NCBI GenBank assembly: GCA_958451915.1
Contig: CAUDRX010000001.1
Span: 31,381 to 95,380, forward strand
Length of the DNA stretch: 64,000 bases
DNA from: an uncultured Peptococcaceae bacterium
GTDB taxonomy: Bacteria > Bacillota > Peptococcia > Peptococcales > Peptococcaceae
Direction: 5' to 3'
The notes under the pieces: generated by a model
Databases searched by the model: none
Told to the model about the DNA's origin: nothing
What the model saw: only the letters and a program-made list of their open reading frames with translations
Program-made: the position numbers and the translations under genes
Part shown: positions 34,637 through 41,776 of the stretch, piece after piece
How the letters are laid out: each line of letters opens with the position of its first letter
Position numbering within the stretch: position 1 is the stretch's first letter

Positions 34637-35563
34637 TTATTTGCACACGCCGCAGCCGTGGCAGGTGCCGGTATTGGCGCTTTCGCCGAAGACCTGGGTG
34701 TGCAGGGCCTGGCCGGTCGGGGTGGCGGCGAGGCCGCCTTCTGCGGTCTCACGGAGGCTGGCAGGCATGGTGTCGCCGATGCGTTTCATGGCGAGGATGG
34801 TCTCGTCGGCCGGGATGTGGCTCTCGATGCCGGCCAGCGCCAGCTCGGCGGCCATGAAGGCGGTGGTGACACCGCCGGCGTTGCGCTTGATGCATGGGAT
34901 CTCGACGAGGCCGGCGACAGGGTCGCAGACGAGGCCGAGGATGTTCTTGATGGCGATGGCGACGGCGTGGCCGCTCATGGCTGGGGTGCCGCCGGCGAGC
35001 TCGACGATGGCGGCAGCGGCCATGGCTGCTGCGGAGCCGCATTCGGCCTGGCAGCCGCCGGAAGCCCCGGCAAGGGAGGCGTTGTTGCCGATGACGAGGC
35101 CGACGGCGCTGGCGGTGAAGAGGGCCATGACACAGTCGTATTCATCGAGGTTGTATTCTTCCTGCATGGTTACGATGGCGGCAGGCAGGATGCCGCAGCT
35201 GCCGGCGGTCGGTGCGGCGACGATGCGGCCCATGGCGGCGTTGAGCTCGCTGACGGCGAGGGCGCGCCACATGGCGCCGCTCATAAAGCTGCCGGTGAGG
35301 GATTTACGGTGGTCGTAGACGCTCCTGAGCTTGTAGGCGTCGCCGCCGGTGAGGCCGGAGGTGCTCCGGATGTCAGGCACGGCGCCTTTCTGGATGCTCT
35401 CCTGCATGACATGGTAATTGTCGCGCATCTTGCGGAAGAGGGCTTTCGGTTCGGCGTCCATCTGCTCGGCCTGGTCGCGCTGAACGATCTCGGAGATCAG
35501 GGAACCATCCTTTTCAGCGGCGGCAACGAGTTCGGCGATCGAGGTGTATCTTAAGAGTTCCAT
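34637..35563 (-). CDS. sdaAA: L-serine dehydratase, iron-sulfur-dependent, alpha subunit
   Basis: GSCGILPAAIV, CQAECGSAAAMAAAA and VCDPVAGLVEIPCIKRNA motifs. Start chosen at MELLRY (35563) after GAAAGGAAG. Confidence 0.9.
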   Translation of the reverse strand: MELLRYTSIAELVAAAEKDGSLISEIVQRDQAEQMDAEPKALFRKMRDNYHVMQESIQKGAVPDIRSTSGLTGGDAYKLRSVYDHRKSLTGSFMSGAMWRALAVSELNAAMGRIVAAPTAGSCGILPAAIVTMQEEYNLDEYDCVMALFTASAVGLVIGNNASLAGASGGCQAECGSAAAMAAAAIVELAGGTPAMSGHAVAIAIKNILGLVCDPVAGLVEIPCIKRNAGGVTTAFMAAELALAGIESHIPADETILAMKRIGDTMPASLRETAEGGLAATPTGQALHTQVFGESANTGTCHGCGVCK

Positions 35564-35580
35564 ATCAGTGGCTTCCTTTC

Positions 35581-36252
35581 TCAGGCGATGGGGTTGACGG
35601 CGATGCACTGGTAGATGTTGTCGGCTGCTTCGATCTCGGCGCAGAGGGCTGGGATGTCGGTGTGGGCCAGGCTGTCCATGGAGAGCGTCATGATCGCTTC
35701 GCCGCCGCGGCTCTTGCGGGAGAGGTCAAAGTGGCAGATATTACCCTGGTAGTGGGTAAGGATGCGTGTGACCTCAGCGATGGCGCCAGGGACGTCACGA
35801 TGGATGACGATGAGGGTGAAGTAATCCCCTGTGAGTGACACAGGCATGCCGTTGATGTTCACGACCTGGATGGCGCCGCCGCCGACACTGGCGCCGCGCA
35901 GGGAAGCGGTGCTGCCGTCGGCTGCGGTGAGGTGGATCTCAGCGGTGTTGGGATGGCTGTCGGCGAATTCTGTTTCTGTGAACTGAATGGCTACGCCGCG
36001 TTCTTCGGCGATCCTGAGGGCATCGCGCAGGCGTTCATCGTCCGGCTTCATGCCGAGGATGCCGGCGACGAGGGCGCGGTCTGTGCCATGGCCTTTGTAG
36101 GTCTTGGCGAAGGAGCCATGCAGCAGGATCTCTGCACGTACGGCGTCCTGCCCCAGCAGGGTGCGCGCCATGAGACCGATGCGCGCGGCACCGGCGGTGT
36201 GGGAGCTGGAAGGACCGATCATCACCGGTCCGAGGATGTCAAAAACGTTCAT
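35581..36252 (-). CDS. sdaAB: L-serine dehydratase, iron-sulfur-dependent, beta subunit
   Basis: MNVFDILGPVMIGPSSSHTAGAARIG plus a C-terminal ACT-like domain. Confidence 0.9.
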   Translation of the reverse strand: MNVFDILGPVMIGPSSSHTAGAARIGLMARTLLGQDAVRAEILLHGSFAKTYKGHGTDRALVAGILGMKPDDERLRDALRIAEERGVAIQFTETEFADSHPNTAEIHLTAADGSTASLRGASVGGGAIQVVNINGMPVSLTGDYFTLIVIHRDVPGAIAEVTRILTHYQGNICHFDLSRKSRGGEAIMTLSMDSLAHTDIPALCAEIEAADNIYQCIAVNPIA

Positions 36253-36404
36253 GGTTCTCCGTCTCCTTTGTTTTTTGCTCTAGTGTTTTACTATCATTAG
36301 CATAACACGCTGGCGGAACCGTCGCAATATTCATAACCATAAGAATGGCTGATGGTTTGTGCACATGGAGAATGTTGCTTTTTCACCATATTGTCTTCAT
36401 CAAG

Positions 36405-36434
36405 GTGACAAATGTCCTGGCCTTATGGTATAAT
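36405..36434 (+). promoter_or_regulatory. promoter with extended -10
   Basis: GTGACA (36405-36410), 18 nt, TGgTATAAT (36426-36434). Confidence 0.6.
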
Positions 36435-36516
36435 GGATGTGGAAAAGAATGATCGGAAATCTCTGCGACCAGTGACAACGCTGGTCACAACGTACGAAAG
36501 AAAGGAGGGGCGCATC

Positions 36517-36696
36517 ATGCGTTTCCTGGAAAAGTTCCGCCGCATCATGGCTGCTGACAAGACGGCGAGCCGGCGTGATAAGGCAGGTCTCATGGGAAAT
36601 TCCCTTTGGGATGGTGTTTATGACCGCTCCGGCACACCGAAAGACAGCCGCGGCGCCATCAACAAAGAAGAGCTGCGCCGCGACCGTGAACGCTGA
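36517..36696 (+). CDS. small basic hypothetical protein (59 aa)
   Basis: AAAGGAGGGG precedes ATG 36517. Sequence MRFLEKFRRIMAADKTASRRDKAGLMGNSLWDGVYDRSGTPKDSRGAINKEELRRDRER. It has its own promoter and terminator. Confidence 0.55.
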   Translation: MRFLEKFRRIMAADKTASRRDKAGLMGNSLWDGVYDRSGTPKDSRGAINKEELRRDRER

Positions 36697-36717
36697 ACCC
36701 TGCATATCGAACGACAG

Positions 36718-36753
36718 AAAAACGCCCGGAAAGCTTCTGGCTTTCCGGGCGTT
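36718..36753. terminator. bidirectional intrinsic terminator
   Basis: AAAAACGCCCGGAAAGC-ttct-GGCTTTCCGGGCGTT. Confidence 0.85.
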
Positions 36754-36759
36754 GTGCGT

Positions 36760-37158
36760 TCAGCGGTTGGTGATGTGATTGACGGTGATGAAGCTGGCGA
36801 TAAAAGCCGAACACTGGATGACCAGCGGCATTGGGTCGTTGAAAAGACCATCCAGCGGCAGGCTGAGGATGCCGCGTTCTGTGAGGAAGAGCAGCAGGAA
36901 CGGGCCGATCGTGGCCAGCCAGAAAAGTGCCAGCGTCACCCCTGGCACGGCAAGGCGGCTGCGCACGCAGAGGTTGAGCATGATGCCGCAGATGATCCAG
37001 CCGGGCAGCGAAGGCACGAGCGTGGCCTGCAGGCTGGTCGGCCAGTTGACGGTATAGACGGAGAACATCGTGTCAAAGAAGGCATAGACCGCGTTCGAGA
37101 GGGCGAAGGCGGCGTAGCAGAAGAGGATATAGACGATGAAACGCAGGATGTTTTTCAT
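36760..37158 (-). CDS. small integral membrane protein (132 aa)
   Basis: Start at MKNILRFIVYILF after GGAGG. Four hydrophobic helices. The longer track ORF would overlap the upstream acyltransferase gene. Confidence 0.6.
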   Translation of the reverse strand: MKNILRFIVYILFCYAAFALSNAVYAFFDTMFSVYTVNWPTSLQATLVPSLPGWIICGIMLNLCVRSRLAVPGVTLALFWLATIGPFLLLFLTERGILSLPLDGLFNDPMPLVIQCSAFIASFITVNHITNR

Positions 37159-37183
37159 GGCGTGAGCCTCCAGGATGAGAAGA

Positions 37184-38233
37184 TCATTTGCCGCGGGCCT
37201 GGCGATGATCGCGGAGTACGCGGTCTTTGAGCGAGAGCAGGCGGGCGGTCCAGTAGGAGCAGAAGAAGACGACGACTGACCAGAGCAGGATGGAGATGGT
37301 CGGAGAAGGGACAAGCTGGTCCCAGGCATCCATCAGGAGATATTCATAGGCAAAGATAAAGAGCGCTGAAACGATGTAGATGCGCAGGGTGCTATTGGAG
37401 AGGCGGCGTATCCGTTCCGGCACGGGATGGTCCTTGCAGAGGGCGAAGACGAGGTAGAAGACACCGGAGGCCATGAGCAGTTCGCCGTAGTTGAAGAGCG
37501 GCTGGCCGATCACTTCACCGTAGGTGGCAGAGCCCCAGAAAAGTTGGTAGAGCCGCAGCCCGATGCCGCCGACGATCGCTGCTGCCGATGCCGCCATGAG
37601 CTTTCGCCCCTTTGGCATGCGGTGGATGGAAGCACCGAAGAGAAAGTAGAAGATCGTGTAGCCAGCCGGGATGATCACGACCTGCGCCAGGAAGGTCTGC
37701 ACGCAGTCCGGCAGGTATGGTGAGAGCGGCGAATAGATGTAGCAGAGGAGAAAGAGCATGAAGGTTGCATAGCTCAGCGTCTGCAGGCCCTTGATCTTTT
37801 CCAGGATCGGCATCAGCAGGTAGAAGCCCAGAAGCATCTGCAGGTACCAGAAATGGTATGGCCCGCGGATCCAGTAGGTGATCATCGTCAGAAAGGGCAG
37901 GAGGTCATTGCCGCTCAGGGCGCGCATGACCTGTTCGGCAGCGACGAAAATGGCTGACCAGATGACATAGTTCCTGGCGATGAGAAAGAAGCGGTGTTTG
38001 AGGTCGAAGCGATAACCGTCGCGCAGGAGCAGGGCCCCGGAGATCATCATGAAGAGGGGCAGCGCTGAGCGCGTGAGGCTGTTGATGATGTAGGCAAAGG
38101 CCGTCGGCGTTTCGGCGAGCACCGCATCCTGACGGACGTAGAGCGCGGAGACGTGCAGCATGATGATGAGAAAGGTCGCGATGATCTTGAGCACATCGAT
38201 ATAGAGCAGGCGCTTGAGCGCAGGTGTGGTCAT
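37184..38233 (-). CDS. acyltransferase family 3 (membrane O-acyltransferase)
   Basis: LYIDVLKIIATFLIIMLHVSA N-terminus and about 10 TM helices typical of Acyl_transf_3. Confidence 0.8.
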   Translation of the reverse strand: MTTPALKRLLYIDVLKIIATFLIIMLHVSALYVRQDAVLAETPTAFAYIINSLTRSALPLFMMISGALLLRDGYRFDLKHRFFLIARNYVIWSAIFVAAEQVMRALSGNDLLPFLTMITYWIRGPYHFWYLQMLLGFYLLMPILEKIKGLQTLSYATFMLFLLCYIYSPLSPYLPDCVQTFLAQVVIIPAGYTIFYFLFGASIHRMPKGRKLMAASAAAIVGGIGLRLYQLFWGSATYGEVIGQPLFNYGELLMASGVFYLVFALCKDHPVPERIRRLSNSTLRIYIVSALFIFAYEYLLMDAWDQLVPSPTISILLWSVVVFFCSYWTARLLSLKDRVLRDHRQARGK

Positions 38234-38316
38234 GAAATGTGTCCCCCTCGTATGGTCAATATCTCTATCTTACCAGTTTCGCCGGGAAGGGGCAATAAGC
38301 AGCGTGCCCTTTTGCA

Positions 38317-38477
38317 GGCGAAATGTCATCGTGCGGTGACAGAGGCGACCAGCTGGCGTCGGACAGCCGGCGAAATGTCACAGCTTTTTAACGGCAACGG
38401 CTGTCTGCGGGTGCTCAGAAAGCGTCGATTTGGTAACAAGCGCTGTGCTGACCGCGGCGGCCGGCGGCAAATTGTCA
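38317..38477 (+). repeat. direct repeats of GGCGAAATGTCA in an intergenic region
   Basis: Identical 12-mers at 38317-38328 and 38369-38380, and a 10/12 copy GGCAAATTGTCA at 38466-38477. Further GAAATG cores lie at 38234 and 38502. The first copy is part of TGTCA-N8-TGACA; the second lies inside the 8-bp inverted repeat GACAGCCG/CGGCTGTC. Confidence 0.5.
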
Positions 38478-38574
38478 CAGGGCTGTTGTGAATCTGCGGC
38501 GGAAATGCGCTATCATAAGTAGCGTTCCCATTCGCACCATTTTTAGAGAAAAATCACGAACAGGAGGGTTTATC

Positions 38575-39081
38575 ATGGAAAATGGACGCGTGAACGTTTT
38601 ACAGAAACTGGCTGCGCTCTCTCTGGCACTTTTGATCGCCGTGCTGAGCACGGCGGCACCAGCGCTGGCTGCGGAGACGGCGGCTGAACATATCGTTCTT
38701 GTCGTAGGACAGGACGAGATGATGGTGGACGGCGAGGCGATATCTGTCGCGGATGCGGTGCCGGTCAACAATGGCGGCCGTGTCTACATCCCGCTGCGCG
38801 CTGTTGCCGAAGCTTTTGGCGCAGATGTCTACTATGACGGCGCCACCGGCGACATCACCATCACCAGCGGTGAGACGGAGGTCATCATGAACACGCTTGC
38901 CAGCGTCTACAGCGTCAACGGTACCTTGCAATGGATGGACATCGCGCCGTACATCAACAGTGAAGGCCGCACCATGGTGCCGGTACGTTTCGTTTCTGAC
39001 GGACTTGGTTACGGTGTGGAAGGCGCCCAGGGCGATGCAGGATACACCATCGAGATCACACGCACCACAGCGGATGCGTAA
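38575..39081 (+). CDS. secreted stalk-domain (copper-amine-oxidase-N-like) protein
   Basis: CAGGAGGG precedes ATG 38575. Signal peptide; NNGGRVYIPLRAVAEAFGADVYYD and INSEGRTMVPVRFVSDGLGYGV. Confidence 0.8.
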   Translation: MENGRVNVLQKLAALSLALLIAVLSTAAPALAAETAAEHIVLVVGQDEMMVDGEAISVADAVPVNNGGRVYIPLRAVAEAFGADVYYDGATGDITITSGETEVIMNTLASVYSVNGTLQWMDIAPYINSEGRTMVPVRFVSDGLGYGVEGAQGDAGYTIEITRTTADA

Positions 39082-39086
39082 GTCGG

Positions 39087-39118
39087 ACCCCGGCAGAATG
39101 GCCTGCCGGGGCTTTTTG
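39087..39118 (+). terminator. intrinsic terminator
   Basis: CCCCGGCAG-aatggc-CTGCCGGGG followed by CTTTTTG. Confidence 0.8.
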
Positions 39119-39210
39119 TTTCCAGCTTGTCCCTTGTTTTTTTTAGGCGTTCATATTATCATGGTAGAAATGATGAACCGCAATCAGGAATGACCAAAGG
39201 GAGTGAAAGA

Positions 39211-40947
39211 ATGAACTTACGTAAAACCCTGCCGGCCTTTTTCGGTGCAGCGGTCTTTTGCCTTGCGCTGCCGCTCCTGCCGGGGGATGCCCAGGCCGGT
39301 ACCGTGACAGACATCGTGACGCCGAAGGACGGCGATACCAGTCTCACAGTCACCTATACAGACGCCGATCCAAGTGACATCTATGCGATCTACGTCAACG
39401 ATGAGATGATCACCATGAGCACCCTTGATGCCATCGGGGTGGACGGGGAGATCACCACGAAGACCTTTTATCCGACAGGCATGGTGCTCCATACCGGCGA
39501 TAGAGTGAGCTTCTATCTGCGCAATGATGAAGGTGCCCTGGTGCCAACGACGGTGACCGTTGTTGCCGATCTTGATCCGGTCGTACCAACGAGCTGGCGC
39601 GTTTCTGAGACACAGATCACAGCCAGTGACAACGCCAGCGTGGAAGTCTCTTTCGACAGCGCTTATGTGCCGCACGAAAACGACCAGATCCTGGTGACCC
39701 GCTATGATGCGAACGACCAGGCTGTCGAGTCCTACTATGTGGCTCTGCCGGATAGCTACACTGACCCAGTGGCGCTCCAGCTCAAGAGCAGCAGTGCCAC
39801 CGCCTACTACACGCTGCAGTTTGTGCCGGGCAGCGGCACGGCCGACCTTTCGACCCTGCGTGTGAATGTTTCCAAGAACACCACCGATCCTGGCGATGAC
39901 CCAACGGACGAGCCGGATGATGATCAACAGGAGCAGATCGACAACGCTGTCTCCATGAGTTTTGCCTATCCTTCCAGCAACGTTTCCCTGGGTGAATCGG
40001 TCACCCCGACCATCCAGCTGACAGATGCTGATGGCAACAGCGCCGATTACACTGGTCCGGTGATCTTCAGCTACAGCGGTGAAGCCATCGTTACCGGTTC
40101 CTTCGATTCCAACGGCCGCTTCACTGTTTCTTCTGATCAGAGCCTCATCGGTTCCAAGATCCAGGTCACAGCTATGGTCGGAAAATTCTCCAAGACCGTT
40201 GAACTCACCGTTCAGGCCAGTGACAAGAGCCTCGTGCTCTCGCCAAACAGCGGCAGTATGGGCAATTCCCGCGCCATCACCTTCCAGCTGGCAGACGGCA
40301 GCGGCAACAAGCTGCGCCTGCTCTGGCAGCCAACTGTGGCGGAAGTCTCCATCAAGCCGAAGGATCCGAACAGCACCGCCAGGATGGCTGGTACTGTGAC
40401 CAATCTCAGCTCGCTGACCACCAACGGCTCCGGCACGCTGCTCCTGTCCAGCGACAGCATCGCAGCTGCTGAGGTCTCGATCATCTTCCGCGACAACAAT
40501 GGCCGTTTCTATGAGACTGCCATCAGCGATTTCACCTTTACTGAAGCCACCGGTGATGAAGCGATGCAGATCATGCTCAATATCGGCAGCCCGATCTACA
40601 CCGTCAACGGCGTGGACAACACCACCGATACCGTGCCGGTCGTGCTGAACAGCCGTACCTTCATCCCATTCCGCCTGCTGGCTGAGACCATGGGCGGGGA
40701 AGTGGTCTATGACGGCACCACCCAGACCATCACCACGGTCTATGGCGGTACCACGATCGTTATGACCATTGGCTCCAACACCTACACCATCGATGGCACT
40801 GCCCATACCATGGATGTGGCGCCATATGTCAACAGCGACAACCGCACCATGGTGCCGCTGCGCGTGCTGGCTGAGAGCCTCGGCTGCAGTGTGGAAGCCC
40901 AGTACGGGGCCAACGGTACGACTGTTGGTGTTCTCGTTGAACGTTAA
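39211..40947 (+). CDS. large secreted protein with Ig-like repeats and two C-terminal stalk-domain repeats
   Basis: AAAGGGAG precedes ATG 39211. Signal peptide ending GDAQAG. C-terminal LNSRTFIPFRLLAETMGGEVVYD and VNSDNRTMVPLRVLAESLGCSV. Confidence 0.8.
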   Translation: MNLRKTLPAFFGAAVFCLALPLLPGDAQAGTVTDIVTPKDGDTSLTVTYTDADPSDIYAIYVNDEMITMSTLDAIGVDGEITTKTFYPTGMVLHTGDRVSFYLRNDEGALVPTTVTVVADLDPVVPTSWRVSETQITASDNASVEVSFDSAYVPHENDQILVTRYDANDQAVESYYVALPDSYTDPVALQLKSSSATAYYTLQFVPGSGTADLSTLRVNVSKNTTDPGDDPTDEPDDDQQEQIDNAVSMSFAYPSSNVSLGESVTPTIQLTDADGNSADYTGPVIFSYSGEAIVTGSFDSNGRFTVSSDQSLIGSKIQVTAMVGKFSKTVELTVQASDKSLVLSPNSGSMGNSRAITFQLADGSGNKLRLLWQPTVAEVSIKPKDPNSTARMAGTVTNLSSLTTNGSGTLLLSSDSIAAAEVSIIFRDNNGRFYETAISDFTFTEATGDEAMQIMLNIGSPIYTVNGVDNTTDTVPVVLNSRTFIPFRLLAETMGGEVVYDGTTQTITTVYGGTTIVMTIGSNTYTIDGTAHTMDVAPYVNSDNRTMVPLRVLAESLGCSVEAQYGANGTTVGVLVER

Positions 40948-40953
40948 CGATGA

Positions 40954-40978
40954 TAAGAGCGCTTCGGCGCTCTTTTTT
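40954..40978 (+). terminator. intrinsic terminator
   Basis: AAGAGCGC-ttcg-GCGCTCTTTTTT. Confidence 0.85.
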
Positions 40979-41060
40979 GCTGCCTGGAGAAAGCCTTGCA
41001 ATGCGCTCGGCTTTTCGGTACAATGGATAAAAGTATCCAGCAAAAGGAGGAAGGGGACCC

Positions 41061-41585
41061 TTGTTTAGCCTGAAGACCCTGATCATCTGCGCCATCTATG
41101 CAGCGGTGCTCTTTTTTGGCCGCCGTCTTGAGATCTCGCTCGCCGCGCGCTCCAGCAACCGGCCGGGGCTGATCCTGCCAGTGATCGCGCTCATCATCGC
41201 TGCGGCGCTGAGTGTGCCGAATTTCATCGTTGCCTGGGATGTGAGCTTCAGCCTTGTCGCTTTTCTGGCGGCTGTGGTGCTGTTCGTCTTTTACATGATC
41301 CCGGCGCTCTATTTCAGCCTCCTTTATGTGGAAGGGCGCAAGGAAGTGCGGGCCCGCAAGCTCGCGCGCTCCAAACGTATGCGCCAGGCGACGACCCAGC
41401 AGCGCGTGCAGCCAAACCTGCAGCGGCGCTATGAGGGGGATTTTGAGAAACAGGATCCTATCGTCTACATGCCGAAACAGGGCACGGCCCGCGCCGGCCG
41501 GCCTGAGACCGTGAACCGACCACGTGCCGTGCGAAATGCGCGCACGACGACCAGCCGCCGCTCCACAAGCGGCCGCAGACGCTGA
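41061..41585 (+). CDS. membrane protein with Arg-rich cytoplasmic tail (hypothetical)
   Basis: TTG start after AAAAGGAGGAAGGGGA. Three TM helices, then KEVRARKLARSKRMRQ..TSRRSTSGRRR. Confidence 0.55.
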   Translation: MFSLKTLIICAIYAAVLFFGRRLEISLAARSSNRPGLILPVIALIIAAALSVPNFIVAWDVSFSLVAFLAAVVLFVFYMIPALYFSLLYVEGRKEVRARKLARSKRMRQATTQQRVQPNLQRRYEGDFEKQDPIVYMPKQGTARAGRPETVNRPRAVRNARTTTSRRSTSGRRR

Positions 41586-41591
41586 GCAACG

Positions 41592-41625
41592 CGCCCGTGC
41601 CATGATCTGGCACGGGCGTTTTTTT
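41592..41625 (+). terminator. intrinsic terminator
   Basis: CGCCCGTGCC-atgatct-GGCACGGGCG followed by TTTTTTT. Confidence 0.85.
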
Positions 41626-41776
41626 GTGCGATCGGTGACAAAATCCTGTGCGTCCAGGGGAAGAGCGGGCGTGCCTTGTTGCCGTGGGGCACTTGATGCT
41701 ATAATAGCGGTATGAGCGCTGCGCGGTCTGCGTGTGCGCCTTTCTATGCTGACATCTCATGAAGGGAGTTTATCTT

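Noticed and set aside
34637-34680. C-terminal CHGCGVC (CxxCxxC) tail on SdaAA as a possible novel extra Fe-S site.
   Set aside because: Fe-S L-serine dehydratases are known to use a C-terminal cysteine tail near the cluster. Without an alignment I cannot show that this tail is unusual.
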